Positions 38,085 through 47,334 of a stretch of 64,000 nt of DNA are shown here, one piece after another (the first letter of the stretch is position 1; every line of letters begins with the position of its first letter). The stretch is from Candidatus Omnitrophota bacterium (GTDB lineage Bacteria > Omnitrophota > Gorgyraeia > Zapsychrales > Zapsychraceae), in contig JADFYJ010000003.1 in assembly GCA_015233115.1 (NCBI GenBank), positions 40,536 to 104,535 on the forward strand. Direction: 5' to 3'. The translations under genes and the position numbers were made by a program. The notes under the pieces are model-generated. The model worked only from the letters and a program-made list of their open reading frames with translations. It ran no database searches and was not told the DNA's origin.

Positions 38085-39605
38085 CTACCATTTCCTATCC
38101 AAACTTCTGTACTGAATGGCCTCTGCAATGTGAGAGGTTTGAATGTGTTCGGATCCCTCGAGATCAGAGATAGTTCGGCTCACCTTGAGAATTTTATTAT
38201 AGGCCCGGGCTGACAAGCCCAATTCTTCAATCGCTTGTTTGAGCAGGTTTTTTCCGTCGTCATTTATTTCACAAAATTTTTTGATCTGCCGGGAGGACAT
38301 AAAGGCGTTGGCAAAGGTTTGGTCGTCTTTGAAGCGTTCTTTTTGAATTTCGCGAGCTTGCCCGGTTCGTTTTTTAATTTCGCTTGAATTTTCTTCATCG
38401 GTAGTTTTAAGTAAAGAGAGCGTGTCTAAAGCTGGAACATCTAAATGGATATCGATCCGGTCCAGTATGGGGCCGGAAATTCTTGATACATATTTTTCGA
38501 CCTGTAAAGGGTTACAGCGGCAAGCTTTTTTTTTATCGGCCAAGTGTCCGCACGGGCAAGGATTCATCGCGCAGACTAACATAAACTTGGCGGGAAATTT
38601 TAAAGATGTAGCGGCCCGGGAAATGGTGACCACATGGTCTTCCATGGGTTGCCGTAATGATTCCAAAACAGTCCGGTTAAATTCTGGAAACTCGTCGAGA
38701 AATAGCACGCCGTTATGGCCCAGCGTGATTTCTCCCGGCTTGGGTATGGTGCCGCCTCCCACAATGGCAGCGCTTGAGGTGGTATGATGCGGAGAGCGAA
38801 AGGGGCGCTGACTGACCAGCCCTTTTTCTTTAGCCATTAAGCCAGCGACAGAATGAATTTGGGTGGTTTCCATGGCTTCTTCCCAAGTCATATCGGGTAA
38901 TATGGTAGGTATGCGCTGAGCCAGCATGCTTTTGCCGCTTCCCGGCGGCCCGATCATCAGGACATTATGCGCGCCGGCAGACGCCACTTCTAACCCGCGT
39001 TTGACATGGCGTTGACCTCTGACTTCACAGAAATCCACCAGATAAGGACAGGCTGTTTCTGTTTTGGGTTCCGGTTGAAAGGGGGTAATAAATTCAACGT
39101 TGTTTAAAAGATTAATCACATCGTTTAACGTGTGGACAGGGAAGATGCGGGTTTTATTGAAGATGGAGGCTTCCTCGGCATTTTCAAAAGGAACAATTAA
39201 GCCTTCAAATTTATCTTTGTACGCAGCCATGGAAATGGGCAGAGACCCTTTGATGGGTTTAACTTTTCCATCTAATGACAGTTCGCCAACCATGGCGAAT
39301 TTATGCAAGTGTTGTCCATTAATCTGTTCCGACCCGGCTAAAATTCCTAAGGCCATAGGCAGGTCAAAGGAAGGGCCTTCTTTTTTAATATCAGCGGGAG
39401 AAAGGTTAATGGTGATTTTGCGAGGGTCGAAAGCATAGCCGCTGTTTTTGATAGCGGACCTGACCCGTTCTTTACTTTCTTTGATGGCATTGTCCGGCAG
39501 TCCTACAATGGTATTGCACGGAAAGCCTTTGCAAACGTCGGTTTCAATGGTCACTAAAAAAGCGTCTAAGCCGATAATACCGTAACTGTAAGTTTTGGAT
39601 AACAT
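38085..39605 (-). CDS. comM: Mg-chelatase-like AAA+ ATPase ComM/YifB
   Basis: Walker A GPPGSGKS. ChlI-like core. 506 aa. Confidence 0.9.
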   Translation of the reverse strand: MLSKTYSYGIIGLDAFLVTIETDVCKGFPCNTIVGLPDNAIKESKERVRSAIKNSGYAFDPRKITINLSPADIKKEGPSFDLPMALGILAGSEQINGQHLHKFAMVGELSLDGKVKPIKGSLPISMAAYKDKFEGLIVPFENAEEASIFNKTRIFPVHTLNDVINLLNNVEFITPFQPEPKTETACPYLVDFCEVRGQRHVKRGLEVASAGAHNVLMIGPPGSGKSMLAQRIPTILPDMTWEEAMETTQIHSVAGLMAKEKGLVSQRPFRSPHHTTSSAAIVGGGTIPKPGEITLGHNGVLFLDEFPEFNRTVLESLRQPMEDHVVTISRAATSLKFPAKFMLVCAMNPCPCGHLADKKKACRCNPLQVEKYVSRISGPILDRIDIHLDVPALDTLSLLKTTDEENSSEIKKRTGQAREIQKERFKDDQTFANAFMSSRQIKKFCEINDDGKNLLKQAIEELGLSARAYNKILKVSRTISDLEGSEHIQTSHIAEAIQYRSLDRKW

Positions 39606-39834
39606 GAGACTCCTCTAAGTAGTTGATAATGAATTACTTAGAGGGTTGTAAGGGGCAAGCGAGATAAAGTGTTGCTTTTATTTTTTCAAATAATATAATG
39701 TAACCTATCATATCAGTTTAAAACCGTCAATAATTAAATAAATCTAAATAGCATGTGGCTTGTTGTGGAAAAGCTATTGGTGTTATAATAAAAAATGGTT
39801 GATTGGAAAGAATAGAATTGCCTAATAAGTTTTA

Positions 39835-40695
39835 ATGTTTAACTATACGGGAGGGTTTGTGAATAAACGTAATTTAATTATCGCAGGGATCGCTGTGATC
39901 ATCGTGGCTTTGATTTGGCTGGGTGTGGCTAAAAAACACGCCGAATCTGTGCCGGTAGTTGAAGCCGCTTCAAGCACGACTGAAAAGAATTCTTCAGCCC
40001 GGGATATGTATCAAAAAGCCGTTGAACTGCAAAAAACCGGCAAACAAGAAGAAGCTAAAAAAGTTTATCAAAATATAATGACTGAGCATCCTGATTTTGA
40101 GCAGATCGAGACTGTTCAAACTTCATTAGGGTCATTGAATGTGGAGCAAATTTTTTCCAAAAAAATGATTGATGGTAAAACGGTAGAGTATGAAATTGCT
40201 CCGGGAGATTCATTAGCCAAGATCGCTAAAAAATTTGGGACAACGATGTCTTTAGTCAAGCGTAGTAATGGCATGAAAACAGATACAGTCCGTTTGGGTC
40301 AAAAGTTGAGGATATGGACGGGTAAATTTAACATTTTGGTCAACAAGGCGCAAAATGTTTTGATGCTCAAGGAAGGCAATGAGGTTGTTAAAGTTTACCG
40401 CGTCTCTACTGGAAAAGAAAATTCAACACCTGTGGGAACATATAAAATCAAGGTCAAACAGGTGAATCCAGTTTGGTATAGCAAAACAGGAGTGTATCCT
40501 CCAGAAAGTCCTGAGAACCAATTGGGAAGCCGCTGGATGGGATTTGACCTTGAAAGTTATGGAATTCATGGTACTATAGCCCCCGATAAAATTGGCCAGC
40601 AAGTTACCGCTGGATGTGTACGTATGGCCAATCCGGATGTAGAAGAATTGTACGATTTAGTTCCGCAAGGGACGGAAGTGCGGATAATTGATTAA
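39835..40695 (+). CDS. LysM-domain L,D-transpeptidase (YkuD/ErfK family)
   Basis: LysM: YEIAPGDSLAKIAKKFG. Catalytic GIHGT...TAGCVRM. Confidence 0.8.
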   Translation: MFNYTGGFVNKRNLIIAGIAVIIVALIWLGVAKKHAESVPVVEAASSTTEKNSSARDMYQKAVELQKTGKQEEAKKVYQNIMTEHPDFEQIETVQTSLGSLNVEQIFSKKMIDGKTVEYEIAPGDSLAKIAKKFGTTMSLVKRSNGMKTDTVRLGQKLRIWTGKFNILVNKAQNVLMLKEGNEVVKVYRVSTGKENSTPVGTYKIKVKQVNPVWYSKTGVYPPESPENQLGSRWMGFDLESYGIHGTIAPDKIGQQVTAGCVRMANPDVEELYDLVPQGTEVRIID

Positions 40696-40697
40696 AA

Positions 40698-40916
40698 GTA
40701 ACCGAGTAACCGAGTAACCGAGTAACCGAGTAACAGAGCAAAAGCGAACGGGGACAAAAATTTAAAGAACACGATAAAAGAAGACTCGGAAATAAAAACA
40801 TAAAAGCTCGGATAATCGGAATATAATTAATTTTTTGTAATTTTTAGTTTTTTTGCGAATCGTTTTTTGTTGTTTCTTTGTTACTTTGTTACTCTGTTAC
40901 TTTGTCACTTTGTTAC
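40698..40916. repeat. Inverted arrays of GTAACCGAG/GTAACAGAG units (5 units, 40698-40742) and their complements TTTGTTAC-type 8-mers (5 units, 40877-40916) bracketing the accA upstream region
   Basis: Direct reading. The left array starts 3 nt after the stop of the transpeptidase gene. A second, related element lies at 49971-50106. Confidence 0.65.
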
Positions 40917-40937
40917 TATTAAAATTGGAGACAGTGA

Positions 40938-41888
40938 ATGGCTATTTTGGAATTTGAAAAACCTATATATCAGATTGAAGAAAAAATTCAGGAATTGCGG
41001 GATTTGGGAGAAAAAAATTCAGCAGGTATTTCACCGGAAATCAAGCGGTTACATAAAAAGCTTGAGCAATTGAAAAAAGAGATTTATGGGAAGTTGACGG
41101 TATGGCAGAGAATTCAAGTTGCCCGCCATCCGGATCGTCCTTATATGCTGGATTATGTCCGTGCCATGATGACGGATTTTGTGGAATTGCATGGGGACCG
41201 GCAATTCGCGGATGATTTTGCGATGCTCGCTGGTTTTGCCATGTTTGAAGGTGAAAAAGTGATGGTGATTGGCCAGCAAAAAGGCCGTGATACCAATGAA
41301 AATATTAAACGTAATTTTGGCTGTGCTCATCCGGAAGGATACCGGAAAGCTATGCGGATGATGCGGTTGGCTGAAAAATTTCACGTTCCCATTTTAGTTT
41401 TTGTGGATACTCCAGGTGCGTATCCGGGCGTAGGAGCTGAAGAGCGCGGGCAGGCTCAGGCCATTGCGGAAAATTTACGGGATATGATGCTGATTAAGAC
41501 ACCTATTATCGCGACTGTGATTGGTGAAGGCGGCAGCGGCGGTGCTTTAGGGATAGGTGTAGCGGATCGAGTGTTTATATTGCAACATGCCTATTATTCT
41601 GTTATTTCACCGGAAGGGTGCGCATCCATTCTTTGGAGAAATGCGGTCAAAGCTCCGGATGCCGCAGAAGCGTTAAAACTTATGGGGGAAGATTTAGTAA
41701 AATTTAAAGTTATCGACGGGATCATTCCTGAGCCGTCCGGCGGAGCGCATCGTGATCCGGAATTGGTTTGCAGCGGTATGCGGAAATCCTTTCTTGAAAA
41801 TTTGGCAGCGCTCAAAGCCTTATCCACCCAAGATCTCCTGGATAAACGCTACCAGCGGTTTCGTCAAATTGGCGAATTTATAGAATAG
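40938..41888 (+). CDS. accA: Acetyl-CoA carboxylase carboxyltransferase alpha subunit
   Basis: LDFEKPIYQIEEKIQEL...ARHPDRPY...FVDTPGAYPG. Confidence 0.9.
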   Translation: MAILEFEKPIYQIEEKIQELRDLGEKNSAGISPEIKRLHKKLEQLKKEIYGKLTVWQRIQVARHPDRPYMLDYVRAMMTDFVELHGDRQFADDFAMLAGFAMFEGEKVMVIGQQKGRDTNENIKRNFGCAHPEGYRKAMRMMRLAEKFHVPILVFVDTPGAYPGVGAEERGQAQAIAENLRDMMLIKTPIIATVIGEGGSGGALGIGVADRVFILQHAYYSVISPEGCASILWRNAVKAPDAAEALKLMGEDLVKFKVIDGIIPEPSGGAHRDPELVCSGMRKSFLENLAALKALSTQDLLDKRYQRFRQIGEFIE

Positions 41889-41955
41889 AAACAGGTAAAG
41901 AGGCTATAGGCTATAGGAAAAAAAGCGATTGGTGATTAAATAACGACAAAAACGA

Positions 41956-42969
41956 ATGATAAAAAAAGATATAAAAGATTTATCGCTTAACGAGTTTGGT
42001 TCTTTCCTGCAAAAGCATCAATACCCGCCATTTCGTGCGGCCCAAATTTGGAAATGGCTTTTTCAAAAAGCCGAGCTAGATATAGACCGCATGGTTAATT
42101 TACCTGCTACGCTGCGTCAATTATTAAACGAACATTTTTGTTTTCATTCCTTAACAGAACGGTCAACGCAGACGTCATCCGACGGCACTATAAAAAAATT
42201 ATTCGTATTACCTGACGGGGAATTAATTGAGACAGTGGTGATTCCGGCTGAAGGACGGAAAACTGTCTGCGTGTCAACGCAGGCTGGCTGCAAATTCGGG
42301 TGTAAATTCTGCGCGAGCGGATTAAAAGGATTCAAACGCAGCCTGACTGCAGGAGAAATTTGTGAGCAAATTTTATTAATGGGGCCGGATGTGACACATG
42401 TCGTGTTTATGGGTGTAGGTGAACCTATGGATAACTATGAGAATGTGATGAAAGCGGTACACACGATTAACGCGAAAGAAGGCATGGGTATTGCGGCCCG
42501 GCGGATTACGATTTCAACCTGCGGCATTATTCCCGGTATCGAACGCATGGCTAAAGAAGGGTTGCAGATTGAATTAGCCGTTTCTTTGCACGCTTCGAAT
42601 GATCAATTACGCAATGAATTTATGCCGGTTAATAAAAGATATTCTCTCAAGGATCTTATCAAGTGTTGCCGGCAATATACAGAAAAAACAAACCGTCAAG
42701 TGACCTTTGAATATATTTTAATAAAAGATGTGACGTGCATAGAAAAGGCGGCGGAAGAATTGGGACGGCTGTTAAAGGGAATGTTGTGTAAATTAAATTT
42801 AATTGTTTATAACCCGGTTCCGGAATTTAATTTTCAATCTGTTTCGAAAAAAGAAATTGCCTTGTTTCAAAAATGGTTGACGCAGTACGGTATTCATTCT
42901 ACTGTGCGTGCCTCCCGTGGCCAGGACGTGTCAGCCGCGTGTGGACAGTTAAGAAGAAATAGTATGTAG
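41956..42969 (+). CDS. rlmN: 23S rRNA m2A2503 / tRNA m2A37 methyltransferase (radical SAM)
   Basis: CVSTQAGCKFGCKFCASG radical-SAM cluster. Confidence 0.9.
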   Translation: MIKKDIKDLSLNEFGSFLQKHQYPPFRAAQIWKWLFQKAELDIDRMVNLPATLRQLLNEHFCFHSLTERSTQTSSDGTIKKLFVLPDGELIETVVIPAEGRKTVCVSTQAGCKFGCKFCASGLKGFKRSLTAGEICEQILLMGPDVTHVVFMGVGEPMDNYENVMKAVHTINAKEGMGIAARRITISTCGIIPGIERMAKEGLQIELAVSLHASNDQLRNEFMPVNKRYSLKDLIKCCRQYTEKTNRQVTFEYILIKDVTCIEKAAEELGRLLKGMLCKLNLIVYNPVPEFNFQSVSKKEIALFQKWLTQYGIHSTVRASRGQDVSAACGQLRRNSM

Positions 42970-42983
42970 TATGTCGTATGTAG
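42963..42983 (+). repeat. Heptamer tandem repeat (TATGTAG TATGTCG TATGTAG) overlapping the rlmN stop codon
   Basis: The first unit contains the TAG stop of rlmN. Confidence 0.6.
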
Positions 42984-42991
42984 CGTCGATC

Positions 42992-43528
42992 CTAATTCTT
43001 AATTTTTAATTCGGAATTAGGGTGAGCACCCATTTGTTGCAGCATTTTCTGCATATTGGGATTTTTTAAAAGCTCTTCTGTTTTAGGATTATCTTTAATC
43101 GCCTCAACATTTTGGCTCATGATGGCTTTCATGAATTCAGGATCTTGAATAATATTCATGATTTCTTTGTCATTGATCAGTCCTTGAACTTGCTGCATCA
43201 TGTTGGGATCCGCCAGAATTTTATTTTGCATAGCTTTAATATCCGGACTAGCCGCATTCATTTGATTCTGTAAAACTTGAGGATTTGTTTCTGCTGGCTT
43301 AGTTTGAGGAATAGCGGGATTATTGATGTTAGCCACATCTTCGGCTTTAATGGTTAAATTACCCAGGGTTTCGGTTTTGATGGTGTATAAGCCATTATTG
43401 AGACTGGTGACTTGGCCTTTAATATTGGAACCATCTTTTAGGTGGATGATATTTTCTGCGTTAACGGTGGGGGAGAAACAAAGAGTGAACAGAAAAGTCA
43501 AAACGGGAAGAAATTTTTTAAAGTGCAT
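42992..43528 (-). CDS. Secreted/periplasmic hypothetical protein
   Basis: Signal peptide LFTLCFSPTVNA. Gln/Met-rich. Confidence 0.45.
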   Translation of the reverse strand: MHFKKFLPVLTFLFTLCFSPTVNAENIIHLKDGSNIKGQVTSLNNGLYTIKTETLGNLTIKAEDVANINNPAIPQTKPAETNPQVLQNQMNAASPDIKAMQNKILADPNMMQQVQGLINDKEIMNIIQDPEFMKAIMSQNVEAIKDNPKTEELLKNPNMQKMLQQMGAHPNSELKIKN

Positions 43529-43574
43529 GAGGGCTCCTTTGTTCGAGTCACTTCGATTCTTTATTTATAAAAAA

Positions 43575-43658
43575 TGCCGGGGAAGGGAATCGAACCCACA
43601 TGAGCTTGCGCTCACTGGTTTTTGAGACCAGCGCGTCTACCAATTTCGCCACCCCGGC
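43575..43658 (-). tRNA. tRNA-Leu (anticodon CAA), type II
   Basis: The reverse complement folds as acceptor GCCGGGG/CCCCGGC, anticodon stem CTGGT/ACCAG with loop CTCAAAA, and a long variable arm. Confidence 0.8.
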
Positions 43659-43669
43659 GTGTAATAAAA

Positions 43670-43687
43670 TCGAAAAATATGGAGCTG
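43670..43687 (-). repeat. 18-nt duplicate of the tRNA-Ala 3' end (TGGAGCTGAGGGGGATCG), a possible att remnant
   Basis: Identical to 43787-43804. The two copies are separated by a 99-nt non-tRNA segment. Confidence 0.5.
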
Positions 43688-43786
43688 AGGGGGATCGGCG
43701 CCCTACGGGTCGGCCACTCGCCTCATAAGCCAGATGCTCCTATTCGTCGCATCTAATCGGCTCTCTTCGTTTCCCCTTAACAGCAA

Positions 43787-43859
43787 ATTTTATAAATGGA
43801 GCTGAGGGGGATCGAACCCCTGGCCTATTGCATGCCATGCAATCGCTCTCCCAGCTGAG
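43787..43859 (-). tRNA. tRNA-Ala (anticodon GGC) with G3:U70
   Basis: The reverse complement is GGGGCTGTAGCTCAGCTGGGAGAGCGATTGCATGGCATGCAAT...CAGCTCCA. Confidence 0.85.
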
Positions 43860-43956
43860 CTACAGCCCCTAGTGTCCTGGGCAAAAAAGCTGACCCAATA
43901 TAACACTCAATATTTTTATTGTCAATAGATTGGCTGGGTCTGTATACTGATCTCTT

Positions 43957-44700
43957 ATGAAAGATTCAAATTTAAAAACTCGATATATCGGCCAGCCCAT
44001 GAAATGGTTTGAAGAGGTTTCTTCCACCATGGATTTGGCCATGAAATGTGGATTGGATGGCGCGGCCGAAGGATTGGTAATCGGAGCGGACAGACAGACT
44101 GCGGGCAGGGGCAGGTTTAACCGAAAATGGGAATCTCCGGCAGGAACAGGTTTGTATTTTTCAATTGTGCTCCGTCCATATATCGACGGAAAAGAACTTT
44201 TTGCTTTAACGTTTTTATCAGCTGTGGCGGTTTGTGAAGTATTGCGGGCTTTAGGCGTGAACGCTGCCATTAAATGGCCGAATGATATATTGGTTGAAAA
44301 TAAAAAAATTTGCGGTATTTTGACTCAGGCTGAATTTAAAGGCAGTAGTCTGGAATTTGTGGTTGTGGGTATAGGCGTAAACGTGAATACAGCGGAAAAA
44401 GATATGCCAGCAGGTGGCGGTTCAATATTTTCCGTGACCGGACAGATGTTTGACCGGGAAAATATTTTGGCGGGGATTCTGGCGCGCGTTGAATTTTGGT
44501 ATGACTGTTTGAAAAAAGAAGGCAGTCAGCCGATCTTGAAATCCTGGAAAGGGTTGTGCGGGACTTTAGGAACTTATGTTAAAATAACGGATGCGCAGAA
44601 AACCGTGGAAGGGCAAGCGGTGGATGTGGCAGATAATGGCGCTCTTTTAGTTGAGCAAAAAGATGGGAACAGAATAAAAGTATTAACGGGAAACATATAA
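43957..44700 (+). CDS. birA: Biotin--protein ligase (group I, no N-terminal HTH)
   Basis: GRGRFNRKWESPAGTGLYFS biotin-binding loop. Confidence 0.85.
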   Translation: MKDSNLKTRYIGQPMKWFEEVSSTMDLAMKCGLDGAAEGLVIGADRQTAGRGRFNRKWESPAGTGLYFSIVLRPYIDGKELFALTFLSAVAVCEVLRALGVNAAIKWPNDILVENKKICGILTQAEFKGSSLEFVVVGIGVNVNTAEKDMPAGGGSIFSVTGQMFDRENILAGILARVEFWYDCLKKEGSQPILKSWKGLCGTLGTYVKITDAQKTVEGQAVDVADNGALLVEQKDGNRIKVLTGNI

Positions 44701-44704
44701 ATTT

Positions 44705-45523
44705 ATGCCTTCGATAAAAACAAATCATCATATTAACTGGAATTACGAAACAGAAGGAACAGGTAAGGACTTGCTTTTTATTCATGGGTGGGGTGTGGAT
44801 TTAAGGATTTGGCGTCAGCAGCTTAAATATTTTTCGACACATCGACGGGTGATTAGTGTTGATCTTCCTGGGCATGGCTCGACCGACTGGCAGCCTGATT
44901 TTACTTTAGCCCAGATTGCCGAAGACGTCATAACGATTTTGGAAGCTGAAGAAGCGCAGGATGTGGATGTGGTGGGAAGCTCATTGGGAGGATTGGTCGC
45001 TTTAAAAAGTTTTGAAGCTGACCCTGCCATGTTTGGTTCTTTAATTTTTGTCGGATCTATGCCGCGGTTTTCTAAGACCTCGGAGTATCCGTATGGCGTG
45101 GATGTACAACAAATGTTGAAAGTGTCCCGCCAATTGCAGATGAAATTCCCGGATGTTCTGAAATCTTTTTTTCGGTCTACCTTTACTTTTGAAGAACGCC
45201 AGTCGCGCCGGTTTAAGTGGATGGAACGTTTCCGTAGGGATGCTGAGCCGCCCAATTTAAACGCTATTAAAGAATATTTGGAAATTATATATGATGAAGA
45301 TTTGCGGGACGTGCTGATGCGGGTGAATATTCCGGTCGCGTTTTTTTACGGAGAAGGAGATGTGATCTGCCCCCTTGCCGCGATGGAAGAAATGAAAAAA
45401 ATTGTTCCTGCCGGGACATTTCAAAGTTTTGAAAAGCTAGGCCATTTTCCTTTTTTAACCGCGCCGGATCAATTTAATGAAGTTTTGGATGGGTTTTTAA
45501 AGCTACGAGGTAATAGGCAATAG
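44705..45523 (+). CDS. Alpha/beta hydrolase, BioH-like (pimeloyl-ACP methyl ester esterase candidate)
   Basis: HGWG, nucleophile elbow GSSLGG, C-terminal His. Adjacent to birA. Confidence 0.55.
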   Translation: MPSIKTNHHINWNYETEGTGKDLLFIHGWGVDLRIWRQQLKYFSTHRRVISVDLPGHGSTDWQPDFTLAQIAEDVITILEAEEAQDVDVVGSSLGGLVALKSFEADPAMFGSLIFVGSMPRFSKTSEYPYGVDVQQMLKVSRQLQMKFPDVLKSFFRSTFTFEERQSRRFKWMERFRRDAEPPNLNAIKEYLEIIYDEDLRDVLMRVNIPVAFFYGEGDVICPLAAMEEMKKIVPAGTFQSFEKLGHFPFLTAPDQFNEVLDGFLKLRGNRQ

Positions 45524-45537
45524 GTTATGGCGCTTTA

Positions 45538-45687
45538 GTCGTAGGGGCGATCTCCTGATCGCCCGAACTATAAAGATTTATAAATTTAACATTCTAGGGC
45601 AGTTGTTTTGATTTGGTCTGAAATGTTTAATTGAAATATAAAAACAAATATTTTTTAAGCGGGCGATCGGGAGATCGCCCCTACGAC
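45538..45687. repeat. MITE-like element: 28-bp inverted repeats (GTCGTAGGGGCGATCTCCTGATCGCCCG / its complement with 1 mismatch) around a 94-bp AT-rich core
   Basis: The arms are at 45538-45565 and 45660-45687. Each arm is itself a hairpin (GGGCGATC-N4-GATCGCCC). Confidence 0.5.
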
Positions 45688-45693
45688 AAAAAT

Positions 45694-46767
45694 ATGAAAA
45701 ATATTATAACTAATAAATGTGTTGCTGTCGCCATGAGCGGGGGGGTGGATTCTTCCGTTACCGCGGCGATCTTAAAAGAAAAAGGCGCTAAGGTTTTTGG
45801 AGTGACTATGCGGTTTGCGTGCCGGCATCCTTTTTCCGGGAAAAATTTTTCCTGGGGAGATGAAGGCGTTGTAAAAGCCCAAAGGGTTGCCGCGATTTTG
45901 GGAATTGAGCATCATACATTGGATTTATCCGGTGCCATGGATGAATACGTTATCCGTTATTTTACGTCGGAATACATGAATGCCCGCACGCCTAATCCGT
46001 GCGTGATGTGCAACCGAAAAGTCAAGTTTGACGCGTTGTGGGCAGAAGCAAAAAAGTTGGGTGCTGAGTTTTTAGCGACCGGTCATTATGCCCGTATTGA
46101 AAATATTTCTGGAGAATGGCGAATTAAAAAGGCGGTTGATCCTAAAAAGGATCAGTCCTATTTTTTATGGGCCATCGATAAAAATGTTCTTCCGTTTATT
46201 TTATTTCCATTGGCTGATTTGACTAAGCCTGAAGTCCGTATTTTATCGGAAAAATACGGTTTGCCCTCGCATCAACAAAAAGAAAGCCAGGATATCTGTT
46301 TTGTGCCGGATGGGTATAAAAAATTTTTAGATGAACAAATAGATACATCTATTTTTAAGCCTGGAAATTTTATTGATCAGAACGGCAAAGTGGTTGGTCA
46401 GCATCAGGGAATTTTAAATTATACGGTAGGGCAAAGAGAAAATTTGGGCATCGCCCTCGGTCACCGGGTCTATATATCAAAAATTGATAAAGAAAAAAAT
46501 GAAATTCACTTGGTCCTTAAAGATCAAGTTTATTCAAATGAGCTGGTTGCAGATCAGGTGAATGTGTTGTCGGATAAGTTGCGCGATTTGAAAACAGTAC
46601 AAGCCCAGGCTCGTTATGGTGCGCCTATCTGTGGTGCGGCAGTCACGTGGATCAATAATGCTCAGGTAAAAGTTATTTTTGATGCCCCGCAGTTTGCCAT
46701 CACCCCAGGGCAATCCGTTGTGTTTTACGATCAGGATGTTTTGCTTGGGGGAGGGATCATTGTTTAA
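45694..46767 (+). CDS. mnmA: tRNA-specific 2-thiouridylase
   Basis: PP-loop VAVAMSGGVDSSV and catalytic cysteines. Start placed at ATG 45694; the track's start at 45631 would translate the right arm of the inverted repeat. Confidence 0.85.
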   Translation: MKNIITNKCVAVAMSGGVDSSVTAAILKEKGAKVFGVTMRFACRHPFSGKNFSWGDEGVVKAQRVAAILGIEHHTLDLSGAMDEYVIRYFTSEYMNARTPNPCVMCNRKVKFDALWAEAKKLGAEFLATGHYARIENISGEWRIKKAVDPKKDQSYFLWAIDKNVLPFILFPLADLTKPEVRILSEKYGLPSHQQKESQDICFVPDGYKKFLDEQIDTSIFKPGNFIDQNGKVVGQHQGILNYTVGQRENLGIALGHRVYISKIDKEKNEIHLVLKDQVYSNELVADQVNVLSDKLRDLKTVQAQARYGAPICGAAVTWINNAQVKVIFDAPQFAITPGQSVVFYDQDVLLGGGIIV

Positions 46768-46819
46768 GATTGATTTTATTGTGTTATTATGTTATTATTT
46801 TATTGGAAGGAGATGAGAT

Positions 46820-47062
46820 ATGGGGAATAAATCAAATTTAAATATTACTTTGGATAAAAAGATTATTTACTCGGTCGATTTGTGCCGAGGACAGTTGCCA
46901 CGTTCGACTTTTATTAATAAAATTTTGGATGAGGCGCTGAAAAAAGAACAGGATGCGTTTGATTGGGGTACTGAAAATGGATTGGCGGAAGCTGACATTA
47001 AAATGGGTAAAGTAAAGAAATTCACACATAAATCCGAGGCCATGAAATGGCTAAAGAGCTAG
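46820..47062 (+). CDS. Putative antitoxin of a RelE/ParE-type TA pair
   Basis: 80 aa. SD GGAGATGAG. Overlaps the downstream toxin gene by 16 nt. Confidence 0.45.
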   Translation: MGNKSNLNITLDKKIIYSVDLCRGQLPRSTFINKILDEALKKEQDAFDWGTENGLAEADIKMGKVKKFTHKSEAMKWLKS

Positions 47063-47316
47063 TCTTCACGGAACGTTTTAAGAAAAATTTCAAAGATCTT
47101 CCTCTTAATATTCAGGAACGTTTTGAAGAGAAACTCGAAATTTTTCTGAGTAATCCGAAACACCCATCGTTGCAAATCCACCGCTTCACGGGAATAGACG
47201 GGGTCTGGGAAGTATATGTGACTCAAAAATACCGTTTTACTTTTTCAGTGACAAAAGAGAGTATAATGTTTCGTAATATCGGCGGCCACAGGATTATTGA
47301 CCGAGGGAACGTTTAA
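47047..47316 (+). CDS. RelE/ParE-family toxin
   Basis: 89 aa. ...GVWEVYVTQKYRFTFSV...NIGGHRI pattern. Confidence 0.6.
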   Translation: MAKELVFTERFKKNFKDLPLNIQERFEEKLEIFLSNPKHPSLQIHRFTGIDGVWEVYVTQKYRFTFSVTKESIMFRNIGGHRIIDRGNV

Positions 47317-47334
47317 CCAGCATCAAATGATAGA

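Noticed and set aside
43670-43786. Possible tmRNA or tRNA-like gene between tRNA-Ala and tRNA-Leu
   Set aside because: Only the last 18 nt match a tRNA 3' end. There is no T-arm (GGGGG-TTCxAxT-CCCCC) and no tag-peptide ORF. Treated as an att-like remnant instead.
45631-45693. Longer mnmA N-terminus from the track's start
   Set aside because: It would translate the right arm of the 28-bp inverted repeat (SGRSGDRPYD). The ATG at 45694 gives the canonical MnmA N-terminus.
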